Source of the DNA: the human T2T-CHM13v2.0 reference genome, Homo sapiens | Assembly (NCBI RefSeq): GCF_009914755.1 | Contig: NC_060929.1 | DNA: 64,000 nt | Direction: 5' to 3' (one strand) | Program-made: the position numbers and the translations under genes | In this document: piece by piece, positions 45,811 to 58,604 of the stretch | How positions within the stretch are numbered: the stretch's first letter is position 1 | Layout: each line of letters opens with the position of its first letter | Notes under the pieces: model-generated | Told to the model about the DNA's origin: nothing | The model's database searches: none | Seen by the model: only the letters and a program-made list of their open reading frames with translations

Positions 45811-46362
45811 GACACCCAGAGATAAGTCAGCAGCCCAGACATCTCTCCTGAACTTTAAACTTTTGAATACAACTTCCAATTGGACCTTGCACTTGAAGGT
45901 CTTCATGACTTACTGAACTCAATGCATTCCCAAATGAGTGCGTTAATTTTTCTCCCCTCTCAAATATGCTTCTCCCTTGTATTTATTGTCTTGGCAAATG
46001 GCACTTCCATTTATGCAGTCATTCTAATCAGAGACCTGGTGCTACTTGTCTCATCCTGCACTCCAATCCTCATCTATGCCATCTAGTCAACCACAAAAAT
46101 TTGCTGTTACAGTCTTGTAAATGATTCTCAAACCCATCCATTCTCTTCATCTCTTTCAGATGTTTTTCTTGTCTACACCAACATTATATATCTCCTAGAT
46201 GACTACAAAAATTACTCTCTAATTCAGTTTCCAGAAGGCATCCAGAGGGGTCTTTTAAAAATGCAAATTTGATCTTATCATTCAGTTACGAGAAACCTTC
46301 AGTAGCTTCCCACCACTCTTGTGATGAAGTCTAAGTTTTTTTGTTTTTTTTTTTTTAACATA

Positions 46363-46857
46363 ATGCAATAGGCAGAATAACGACTCTCAAAGATATCCCT
46401 GTTCCAATTGCTGGTACCTGTGAATATGTTGCCTTACACAGCAAAGGGGGCTTTGGAAATGTGATTATGGGGAGATCATCCTGTATTATTTTGTTGGGCC
46501 CACTCTGATTACACGGGCTCTTTAAAGGAGAAGAGTGGGTGAGAGAGATGTGAAGACAGAAAAGGCAGGAGAAATTCAAAGCATGAAAAGGGATTCCACC
46601 TGCTGTTGCTGGCTCTGAAGATGGAAGAAGAGGGCAATGAGCCAAGAAGCACAGGCAGCTGTAGAATCTGGGAATAGCAAGGACATGATTTTTCTTTAGA
46701 GCCTCCAGAAAGGAATCTGGCCCTGCCAACACCTTGATTTTAGCCTAGTGAAACCTAATTCAATTTTCTGACTTCTAGATCTGTTAAATAATAAATTTGT
46801 GTTTTAAGCCACTAAGTTTGTAGTAATTTGTTACAGCTGTGATAGGAAACAAAAGCA
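46363..46857 (+). mobile_element. MLT1 (D-like) LTR
   Basis: ggcagaataa...acctgtgaatatgttgccttacacagcaaagg...ccctgccaacaccttgattttagcc...gttttaagccactaagtttg. Confidence 0.75.
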
Positions 46858-47060
46858 CAATGCCTTGAGAGCTCTACATGGCCTATCCCTTTCCTAATTC
46901 TCCAACTTTACTTTACTCCACTTAAGCTCCAGCTACACTGAACATTAAAATTTCAAGACAAGCCACTTTTTCTCATGTCTTCAGGCTTTTAACCATGCTA
47001 TTCACTATTCACTACATTGATCTCATCTTGGACACACATTATATTTTTCTGGGAATCCAC

Positions 47061-48415
47061 CTTAACCTCCCCGTGTAATTTAGTTTTCTATATACATATT
47101 CTTATAGCATCTTGTTCTCATATTTCATTGAATTAATTATTCACTCATCATTTATCTATTCATCAAATATATATTAATTTCCTATTATTGGCTAAGCATG
47201 GGAGTTATAATGGTGTTCAAAACAAAACAAAACAAAAAACATGATCCCCAAAGTAAGAGTTTACATTTTAGCTAAAAATACCAGTGAGCTTGGGGACTTT
47301 CCTGTTTTGTTCAGCTTGAATATCAAATACCTGAAACATAATAGGTACTCAGGAAGGGTTTTTTTTTAAATGAATAATTGAATAATTGAAAGAGGAGGAA
47401 GGAAGTCCTTAGTCATGGGGTTTTGGCCAAATCTAGGCCTGTATCTCTCTAGGGTGTGATCTCCTGGGGAATCATCCACATGGTTTTTGAGCAAGGATTG
47501 CAAGGCAGGCTTCCTGGCTGGAGGTGGCATTTTTGTAAGCCTGGCCCTTGCCTACACCTTCCAGAATATCTGGAGGTGTGATGAGCTTCATCTTCTAAAA
47601 TTGCAGGCTAAAAATGTATTACATGGGATGCCAAAACGTCTAGAAGAACCTGCTTTCTTGGAAGTCTGAGTACTAGTGCATATCTGAAACCACATGACTA
47701 AGAAATTCTCTGCTGGAATGTTTCCATAAAACTACAGCCTCATCTGGAACTGACAGGCCACATCAAGAGGCAATAGCACATACACCTTAATGCCCTATAG
47801 CAGTGGGTCTCAATACCAAGTACATATCATAATCCTTAGATATTAAAAATAGGAATTGTAAAATTGTGATCCCCATTCTATACTGATTAAATCAAGCTCT
47901 CTGAGGATTGGCTCTAGGCATCAATGTTTTTAAAAAGTTACCCAGGTGATTCTCATGTTCAAACAATGTTGAGAAACACTGCTTAGCAACATCTGGTGGA
48001 AATCCATGATATCTGAAGGGTGGACCTCAAGTAGGTGTAGGAGTACTCATTATATCATTACCCAAGATTGAAACCACCATAGACCTAAAATTGTCACTGA
48101 GCTGGTATCCTTTCTGAGTACCTACTATGTTCCAGGTATTTGATATTCAAGCTGAACAAAACAGAAATGTCCCCAAGCTCACTGATATTTTTAGCTAGAA
48201 TGTAAACTCTAGCTAGTTAGTTTGAGGATCATGGTTTTTGTTTTGTTTTGTTATTTTGAATACCATTGTAACCCCCTGCATAGCTAATAATAGGAAATTA
48301 ATAAATATTTGGTGAATGAATAAATGAGTGAATAAGTGAGTAAATACTTAATTAAATGAAATATGAGACAAGATGCTATGTACATAGAAAACTAAATTAC
48401 ACTAGGAGGTAAAGG
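47061..48415. repeat. Long inverted repeat: arms ~47061-47352 and ~48114-48415, spacer ~760 bp
   Basis: Arms align collinearly as reverse complements, including a perfect 32-mer CTGTTTTGTTCAGCTTGAATATCAAATACCTG (47302-47333 vs 48133-48164). Confidence 0.92.
47800..47983. mobile_element. MER5A-like hAT MITE in the spacer of the inverted duplication
   Basis: cagtgggtctcaa ... cccaggtgattctcatg ... ttgagaaacactg (terminal inverted repeats). Confidence 0.7.
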
Positions 48416-49163
48416 AATCTCATTGGAACATCATTGGTTTCAGGAATTGCTCTAGGCTCTATTAACATTTCTATGAATCTTTTTAATGTCTGATTTCTCC
48501 AGTGTTAGTGCTGTTGTTGCCTTGAACTGGATTTTCTGTTTTTGTCTATTACTTTTGTATTTGTCGTTTACTTAGATGAATATGTTAACATTTTGTTTCA
48601 ACATTTCCCCAAGATAGATTACTTCCTTGGTTCCAGAAACCTCATCTTTCTCACCTGCCACTCAGACAAGCCTCAGTGAATGCTGGTTCAGAGGATACTG
48701 TACAGACTGGAGAATCATGCATGGAAGGTAAAACTCACTGCAAATACTCCAGAGTGAGTTACAGTCCATTACTGGATAAATCTAGAACCCAACCAGGGCT
48801 ATTCATCTTTCCCACACGTAAGTGACTAGACCCTGCTCCAATGATACTGGCATTACCTCTAGACAGTTCTCTAACATGATTTGCAATAATAATAGGACCT
48901 CGTTGACTATGTGTACACTTATTTACTTCCTTCTTAGCTTCTAACCCAAGGACTCCTTTTTGTTTTTTTTTTATTAAAAGTATGACTCACACTTGGGACT
49001 TAATAGAAAGCACCAGATCTTTGCCTTTTATCTTTTATTGCTCTCCCAGACTGTGACTTGAATTCATTCTTTGAATGATTCAATCTATCACCATAGGAAG
49101 GTTCTTACATATCACTCTCTTGCCCTGGGACTAGGACTTACATTCTCTGGATGTTAAGCTCAG

Positions 49164-49563
49164 TGTATGAGTTTTCTAGGGCCACCATAACAAAGTACCA
49201 CAGACTGGGTGCCTTAAACAACAGAAATTTATTTTTTTGCAATTCTAGAGGCTAGAAGTCTGAAATCAAGATATGGTTGTGTTGACTCCTTCTGAGGTCC
49301 CACTCCTTGGCTTGTAGATGGCCATCTTCTCCCTGTGTCTTCACATGGCCTTCCCTGGTGTCTGTGTTCAAATTTCCTCTTCTTATAAGGACACCAGTCA
49401 TATTGGATTAAGGCCCACCCTAATGACCTCATTTTAACTTAATTACCTTTTTAAAGGCCTTAACTGAATATACAGTCACATTAATAGGTATTGGGGGTTA
49501 GAACTTCAACATATGAAATGGTGGTGGTAGTGGCAGAGGATGGGGGGAGATCAGCCCATAACA
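49164..49563 (-). mobile_element. MLT1 (B/C-like) LTR
   Basis: tgtatgagttttctagggccaccataacaaagtaccacagactggg...taaggacaccagtcatattggatt...cagcccataaca. Confidence 0.75.
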
Positions 49564-51204
49564 CTCATAAATGATTTTGATTAAGTAAACCCTTATATTT
49601 GTCTATTCATTTTACTAGACAATTTTCAAAGCTCATTTTCTCATTAACCTTTACTCTACCTTTTCTTGGTAAACTTTGTAAGCATTACTAGTTCTTTTTT
49701 ATAGATGGGAAACTAAAAATGGAGAATTACACTACTTATCCAAAGTTGAACAGTTAGTAGAAAACTGGGTCTAGACTCGACAACTCTTAGCTCTTAGTTC
49801 AGTGCAATGTTTCCCTGTCTCCTGTGCTGGCTTTTTCCCCCAAACCTAAATCCTCTTTGAAATAAGCTGAGTGGTCATAGCATATTTAGTAACTTCTGCA
49901 TCTAATAGCCTCATGCCTTTTAGACATCTTGAGATACAGCAAGTGGACAAGAATGCAAGTATTTTTAAACATATAGCAGCCCCAGGCAAAACACGTCAGT
50001 GGGACAGCCTGACGCTTGCCTGGACCTACTTTAAGCTTACACCTAAATGATGTCAAATTAGGCAAAAATAAATTGAAAATTGTTTTAACACCTGGTTGTT
50101 TTGCCTTCACTGTGCCAGCTACCTGGCTCACTGGAAGCACAGTGAAGGCAGAACTCATGGGAATTTTTAGCAGAGAATAACAAGTCATGCAAAAAGAATA
50201 TATTATTGAAAGAATATGCTGCATAAATACTAAGAAAGAACATAGGTGATCTTGAATAGCTTCTTCTGTCTTTCATCCTTTGAGCCCAACACCCCCTCCT
50301 CAGCCCACTTAACTCACTCAGCAGATCATCTTTTGTAGTTCAAGGACTGCATATGTACAACACTTACCACCTGCCTATTACCCTGCTGTGCTATTAGGCT
50401 GAGTGGAGAAGTATTTGTAAAGCACTTTCTGGATTCTTAGATGAAATGTGTTTATCAAATAAAACGTATCTCCAAGTGTTTCAATCTCAGCTTGAAAGTC
50501 ACTTCCTAGATCAAAGTGATGTACATCAACATGGCAGGAGATCTACCTCTGGGCCAGAAATGCATCAAATGAAGGGTCATTGATATACGCCTGGTCCTAT
50601 TATCCTGCCATGAAGAAAAGTTTCCAGTTTTAGAAAAAGAAAGCCTCAGTAGCACCTCAAATTCCAGGATACTTTGTGGTAGGCCCAGACAGGAAAGCAC
50701 TTACTTTATGAAGGAATCTTTTGGTCAATAAATATGATAATGTGGCTTCTTTGAGGGGAGAAATATAAGCCAATTAGGACTACATTTTTAACCAATGGAT
50801 TTGGCACAGTTTCTTTAGTTCATGCAACTCGTCAAGATGAAAAGATAATATAACAGCAGTGTCAAACACTTAAGTTTTTAACGAACCTTTCCTGATTTCT
50901 CAAGTCTTATTTCAGAGCTTCTCTCATGTGCTTTAAATGAGCCAAGGGTCACCAACCTTTACTGAGGAACTGGTACATGTCGGAAATTGTTCTAGTGGCT
51001 AAGGTTGCAAGACAGAAAATGTCCTTGTCATCATGAGGCCTACACTCTAGTGGGTGAGAATAATAAGCAAGTATGCTAGAAAATACAACATGCAATATTT
51101 CTTAAGACATGTGAGTTATGAAGGAAAACAAAGCAGACCGGGTAAGAGGATAGAGACTGCCCTAGGACTGGAGTTGGGAGGGAGGGCAGTGAAAGAATCC
51201 TCTC

Positions 51205-51737
51205 GCAGGTGGTGTGGTGCTTTTAAAATATGTCCAGAAATTCTTTGACACTCTTCCCATCAAAAGTAGGGTTTATGTGTGCTTCTATTGAAGTTGGCTG
51301 GGCCTTTGTGACAGCCTTGATGAGTAGAAGGCAGAGGAAGTAACACTGTATGAATTTTAAGGCTGGGTTACAAAAGGCCATGCAAATTCTGCTGGTTTAT
51401 CTAAAGATATTTGCTTGAAAGCCTTTCACCACTGTGTACGAAGCCACCTACGAGCATGGGGTGGAGAGAGAGAGAGAGAGATATTCCTAAAGACACCCAG
51501 TTGTTCAGCTCCCCAGCTGATTGAGTCTTCCCAGCCCAAGTGACAGACATGTGAGTGAATAAGCCATCAAGATGACCCCAGCTGCAGCCACCATCTGACT
51601 ACACCTATGTGGGAGGTCCATGAGAACCGCTCAGCTGAGCCCAGGCAACCCCTGGATTTATGAGCAAAAGAAATAATTGCTATTCTTTTAAGATACTATT
51701 TTGGAATGAGTTGTTACACAGCAAAAAAGCAAAACAA
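51205..51737 (+). mobile_element. MLT1 (G/H-like) LTR
   Basis: aaattctttgacactcttcccatc...gcagaggaagtaacactg...cagctgagcccagg...gttgttacacagcaa. Confidence 0.65.
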
Positions 51738-52204
51738 AAAGAGAGTAGAAGGTGATAGTCCATTAAGGTCCTCAATGAATTTAGAGAGGAAGCTCTGTGA
51801 GGGTCTGGATAAAGTTTTCCAAGCTAAGGGAAAAATAAGTGCAAAGGCCCTGATGTGGCATGTTGGAGGCACAGCAAGCATGGTGTTAGAGCAGAGTGAG
51901 CCAAAAAGAGAGTGCAAATGCCCTGGGGAACAGGGAAGGGTGCAGCTCCACCTTGCAGGCCATGGACAGGTGTTTGGATTTGATTCTGAGCTTGCTAGGA
52001 ATACTTAGAAGAGTTGGAGAGCAGAAGTAACACAAGTTTGTGTTTTCCAATGATTTCTGTGGTTGCTGGATGGAGAATTGACTACTGGGGAGTGGACAAA
52101 AATGGAGGCAGGCAAGAAATAATAGTGATTTGGGCTGGAGTGAGTCGTGCCCATGGAGATAGCGAAAAGCAATCAGGTTTGGGATATGTTTAAAGATAGT
52201 ACCG

Positions 52205-52715
<511 letters not shown>

Positions 52716-52882
52716 TTAATCTAAGTAACTTGGCGAATGGTGGTGCAGGGTGGGTAGAGACGAGTACAGAAATCAATAGGTATTCTCCAGACATGTTATG
52801 TTTGGGATGCCTATTAGATTTTTCAAGAAGAGATGTTGACTAAGCAATTGGTCACTGGGCTCAGGGAAACAATTGCACTGGA

Positions 52883-53015
52883 GATACAGATGTGAGAGTT
52901 GTCAGAGTCTAAGTGGTATTTCATCATAGGTATAGATGTGGGGATGTCGGCGTATAAGTGGCGTTTCACCATAGATATAGATGTGATGTTGTCAGAATAT
53001 AAGAGGGTATTTCAT
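52883..53015. repeat. Diverged ~45-bp tandem repeat, 3 copies
   Basis: gatacagatgtgagagttgtcagagtctaagtggtatttcatcata / ggtatagatgtggggatgtcggcgtataagtggcgtttcaccata / gatatagatgtgatgttgtcagaatataagagggtatttcat. Confidence 0.8.
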
Positions 53016-53999
53016 ACCACGAGACCGGATGCAAGGGAGTGGGTCTAGAGTAAAGTGGAGAAATGTGCCATTTTTTTTTAAGTTAAAATATGTTTGTATG
53101 TCATTGAGATTGATTCAGTAAAAGGGAGGTATTGATGCTGCAGGAGAAAAGTGGCAGCATTATTGGAGCAAAGTGCTCGATTACGCTAGAGCAGAGGAAG
53201 CTGGTATGCAAGTGGACTGGTGAAGCTTCACAGGAGCATCACAGGCCTCACTTGGCTGAGGTGCAACAAGGGAACTTGACTGAGTTGTAATTGCCATTTC
53301 CTTGTTAGCATTCCTCACTAGATTGTAAGCCCAGTGAGGGCAGGGACCCTCCGTAATGTGTTCAACATTATACTGCAATTCCTGACACAACGTCTGGCTC
53401 ATTCGACAAAGTTGATAACTGTTTGCTGTATTAAATGGACAAATACACAAATTATCCTATTTGGCCAAATGTAGTTCATAAATAAATATCTGTTCACTTG
53501 CATGGAATATAAAAATGAAAAACTTAGGCAAATATAACCAAAGTAGGAGGAAAAAGTGACATTTTAAATATCTTTGGTTTGTTAGATATCCAAAACTTTT
53601 CTATTAATGAATGTTTGGATATTTTTCCAGATTGTTGAGATAAATTGAATTAAAATAAATTAAATAATAGTTGCTAACATTTGTGAGTGCTTATATGTGT
53701 CACGAATTCTTCCCTTAAGCCTTTGTATTTATCATCTCACTTAATTCTTATATCATCCCTTAGATATCTACTACTATTATTATTATTATTATACTTTAAA
53801 GATGAGGACCTGAGCCACAGAGATGGTAAGGAATTGCCCTCAGATTAGACAGCAGCTACTTGGTGGCAGAGTTGGAATTGAAACCCGGACAATTTCTCTC
53901 CAGAGCCCAGGTAACTAGTCACTTTCAGGCCTTCTAACCCCCAGTCTAGTACTCCTTAGTTATTTAAAAAGTGAAGAATAAATTAAATATGAAAGTAAC

Positions 54000-54950
54000 T
54001 CCACTAAAACATACCACATAAAGTCAAAGGAAGAATGACAAACTGGGAAAAATATGTGTAATTCATATCAGAGACAAAGACTAATTTATGAAGTGATCAT
54101 AGAAATATGTAAGAGAAAGACAGGAGACTCAATAGAACAATGGACAAAGGAAATGAATAGTTCGCGAAGAAAAACATATATATGGCCTTTCAATGTATGA
54201 AAAAAATGTGCAATCTGACTCAATAAGAGAAAGGCAAATTAAAACCGTGCCAAAATACCTATTTTTTTTTTAACCTATGAAGTTGACAAATATCAAAAGG
54301 TTGGCCTGTGGTTCCTGTCGCAAGGCTGTGAGAAACAAGTACTCTTACTCTGCTGGTGAAAGTGCAAAATAATACAAATAGGGCAATTTTAGCACTGTCA
54401 CAAAGTGATTATCTTTTGACTCAGATCACTCTGGGAATTAATCCTCAGGTACACCTAACCACTTACAAAATGATATATAAACAAGGATATTCATTGCAAC
54501 ATTATTTCTAGTGCGAAAGATTGGAAACACCCAAATGTTCATCAGTAAGAATTAATCAGCTATGAGAATGAGGAAGTTCCCACATATTGACTCAGAAAGT
54601 TATCCAGGACATGCCATGAAGTAAATAAAAAAAAAAAGGAAAGTAAAAGAAAGTAAAAAATAGTATATATAATATGATATCATTTGCAAAAGACTGGGAG
54701 AGAATAAGATTACGTATGAGTCTATGGTTTAACCTACAAAATAAGTACTGGAAGAATACTCAGAAACTTATATATGTGACAACCTGTAGAGGTAGGATGA
54801 GGTGGGAGCGAAGAAGTGTTTTTAAACTCTTTATATATACTTTACATATAATAACACAAATCTCACGGAAAGTTATGAGTAGGGAAAGTAAGATACTCAA
54901 TGTATACCTTGTTTTATTTTTGATCTTTGAACCATGTGCATATTTTGTTA
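54000..54950 (+). mobile_element. Ancient L1 (L1ME-like) 3' fragment
   Basis: gacaaactgggaaaaatat...aatggacaaagg...tattcattgcaacattattt...cccaaatgttcatca. Confidence 0.6.
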
Positions 54951-55627
54951 TTTACAAGTTAGAGAGGAAAGGTAATGATAGCTACACTCACAGAGCACTT
55001 CCTGTTTGCCTGGCACTGTGCTAAGCATGTTGTCTTTGTTATCTCAGGTATTCCTCACAGCAGGACACATTATTATTCCCATTTAGCAGGTGAGGTACAG
55101 GTTTAGAGAAGTTAAGGAATTTACTTAAGGCGCAGAGCCAGTAAATTGTGGAGCTGGGATCGAACCCAGGCCACCTGGCTCCAGAAGCAACGCTCTGAGC
55201 TACTATTCTACTGTCATGGTGGTTTTAAACATTGATGCTCTACCTTGAGAAACATAAGAGATGATGTCCCCCTCATGGCCAGTTCTCATGGGCACATTAA
55301 TCTTTGTAAAAAAATAAAAGAAAAAAGAAAAAAACAATAGTTAGAAATCCCTGACAGTTCTCCAGTAATAATAGGTCACTGTAGCTGTGGCATGAGATGT
55401 CTTCAAGCCATGGGAGAGCCCTGAAGGCTAGCTGTAATTCCAACCCTTCTGTCCTAAACAAGAAAGATAGCAAAGTGAAAGCAGAGGAAGGTTATTATTT
55501 TTTTTAAATACCTGGCATTTATTAAGTTCTTACCATGCGCCAGGCACAGATGTCATAAGGACATTACATGTATACCTATTTAATGTTCACAACGAAAACC
55601 TTATTAGACAGATGCTATCATTACCAT

Positions 55628-56115
55628 TGTGATGAGTTGAATTGTGCCTGCCCGCCAACCCTGAAAGGTATGTTGAAGTCCTAACCCCAGATAATTATTT
55701 GGTCCTAAGTGTCAAATAAGACTGGGACCTTATTTGGAAATAGGGTCTTTACAGAGGTAATCAAGTTAAAATGACATCGTTAGGGTGGGCCCTAATCCAA
55801 TATGACTGGTGTCCTTTTAAAAAGGGGACATTTTTATAAAGACATACACAATGGGAAGATGATGTGAAGATGGCCATGTGATGATAGACACATAGACTGA
55901 AATGATCTGAAACCAAAAAATAAAATACAAGGGAGTGCTGGCCACCACCAGAAACTAGGAGGGACCCTTCCCAGAGTATCGGAGGGAGCACCGCCCTGCC
56001 AACACCTTGATTTCAGACTTCTAACCTCCAGAACTGTGAGACAATACATTTCTTTTGTTTGAAGCCATCCAGCTTGTGGTGCTTTGTTATGGTAGTCCCA
56101 GGACATAAATAAAAC
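55628..56115 (+). mobile_element. MLT1 (B/C-like) LTR inserted in a MIR
   Basis: tgtgatgagttgaattgtg...tatgttgaagtcctaacccc...cttatttggaaatagggtcttt...ccctgccaacaccttgatttcagac; MIR-like text on both flanks. Confidence 0.75.
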
Positions 56116-56629
56116 CACATCTTACAGACGAGGGAAGCGAGGTACAGAGAGGCCAAGCAACCCGCCCAAAATGACACTGTTGGTAAGTAAAGGCACCTTG
56201 ACCTGAGCCTGGGAAGTCTAGCTTCAGAGGATTTTAAAAGTTATTTTGCAAATTTCAGTTAGCTATTATTCAAACAAATCGTCTCACTTCATGACTGAGG
56301 GCTCTGAACACTCTGTTTTGACCTCAACCCCCGTCAAAGGGCAAAGCACAGAGCATTCAGAGCAGGGCAACCGGGGCAAACTCAAGAGGGCATAGCAATG
56401 GGAGCCCACGAAACCAAACCAAACTCAGCCGTGCAGCTGCTGGAGCTGGGGTCCAGCTAATGGGGCTTTCCGGTCCTCCCTGAAACAGCTGAGTGTGGCC
56501 AGGACCCAGGGGGTACGCACTTCAAAGCAATCAAAGCTTCCCCACAGCCTCTCATTTTTGATCAGCAGGAGCTGCAATCTAGGAATGTGGGTTGTTTGAA
56601 TTATTATTATTATTTTTTAGCTTAAGAAA

Positions 56630-56646
56630 GGGTCAGGTGAAGTTCA
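56630..56646 (+). promoter_or_regulatory. Candidate DR5 nuclear-receptor element (RARE-type) in C9 intron 1
   Basis: GGGTCA-ggtga-AGTTCA, an exact RGKTCA(n5)RGKTCA match; function untested. Confidence 0.4.
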
Positions 56647-57900
56647 AGGGAGCTAAAGCAACTTGGAGGAACTGCCTTTCCAAATCCCTTTTGTGCCCAG
56701 ATGCCCACTAAACAAAAATATTTCCTGAATGGTACATTGCTTTACAGATAATATGGAAAGAGGAGGGATGAAGGAAAGGTCTGGTCGAGCACTGGATCCA
56801 GGGCCCATGTTCATCTGTGTAGCACCTCTGGGTGCCCCCTCCTGAAAGATACAGCCCTGTGAATAACCCACTTGTTGAGTGGAGCCCAGGCTGAATGGCG
56901 GCCTCCAACTGCAGCCAAGAGGCAGGCAAATATGTACTGGAGACGGGCATCAAAGTTCAAAACAGCATTTGGGTAAACCAAGAGTCAAATGACTAATGAG
57001 GAATTGGAAGCAGGTTATGGTTATGTCTGAGCAGAGGAACAGGGCTTGGGCAGACATTTCCCCCCAGCCACACTGTTGAAGTGAGGAATATTTCAGTACT
57101 CTCCCCAGAACGGATCATCCTGTATTGAATTATACAGGTCGATGTCTACTCTGATGACTCCAGGATGGAAGGAAGGATGCCTCATGTGACCCTAACCTCC
57201 ACCATTTCTAGGTACAGTGTAGCTGTTCAATAAAAACTTATTATATGGGTGATTTGTTTCCTGGATGACTTGCCATGGGCTTTGCAATTCCGATTAGGAT
57301 CAGAGAAAAAGGAGAAAAAGTATCTTTGGTAGAAGCATGAGTGACAGGTCTGCATCACTGCAATTCTGGAATGGAAGAAATATGACCTAAATCCCAAATG
57401 GCCCTAAACAAAATGCATGCCTCTGAACACAACTCAGGATGTCAAGGGAAAGAAACAAAATAGTTAACCTTTGCCTAATGTGGAGGCAAAAGGGTGATGT
57501 ATCCAAATGTTAAAGGTGTCAGGCATTGAAGCAGAGTGAGGGAAAGATTAATTTCCTTAATTTTAAACTTCTCAGACATCAGGCACTAATAAACCCAGGT
57601 TCATCATACACTGGTGAAAACAAGCTTTATTTTATAATTCCAGATATTTAAAGAATACCTCAATCTTAACATTTGAGTGCCTTGTTGAAAATAAATCCCC
57701 AGAAACAGCAGCACATTTCCACAGAAAACTCATAAAGATGCACCCTATGCATTTTCTTATCTCTTTTCAAAGTTTAGATTCTAGGGCTCTGTATATTGCC
57801 ATGTGGATTAACATTGTCATGTACTTTGCTGCTAAGAAGACCTTGAGATGCTAATCCTACAGGAAACTTCCAGAGACAAGCAGAAAAGTAACTGACTCAC

Positions 57901-57977
57901 CTGGTCGTGTACTGTGCTGTGAGGATGCTTATTTCTAAAATGCAGATTGCAACTGCAAAGCTCCAGCAGGCTGACAT
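57901..57977 (-). CDS. C9: C9 exon 1 coding part (signal peptide and mature N-terminus)
   Basis: ATG at 57977 in context AGCAGCATGT; MSACWSFAVAICILEISILTAQYTT; donor ACCAG|gtgagt; 77 nt, phase 2. Confidence 0.98.
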
Positions 57978-58255
57978 GCTGCTCTTGCTGGGTGGCTGCG
58001 AGTGGGGTGGCAGGGCAGGTCTGGTAAGGCATTTATTTGCAAAGGGCCAGAGGACAGGGAACAAGCATTGTTTGTCTGCATTCAGAGTTTTTGTCAATTT
58101 GGGTGGCCTGGGTACTGAAGTCCAACCAAAGGAGAATCATTTTGTAATTCTTGGCCTCCTGCTTTCTCATATTGACAAGTAGATATGGGGCAATGGGCCT
58201 GTGAATGCTAAAGTCCCTAAGATGGGCAGCAGTGCTGTGTGAAAATGGAAACAAA
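57978..58255 (-). promoter_or_regulatory. C9: C9 5' UTR and proximal promoter
   Basis: Unique sequence between the ATG and the upstream Alu. Motifs on + strand: FOXA-like TATTTGC (58034-58040), C/EBP-like ATTTTGTAAT (58139-58148), HNF4-like GAAGTCCA (~58117-58124). TSS cannot be fixed from sequence alone. Confidence 0.7.

Positions 58256-58604
<349 letters not shown>

Noticed and set aside
57978-58097. In-frame open extension upstream of the C9 ATG in the ORF track
   Set aside because: Starts at a non-ATG codon in probable promoter sequence; the ATG at 57977 has a good context and begins the signal peptide.
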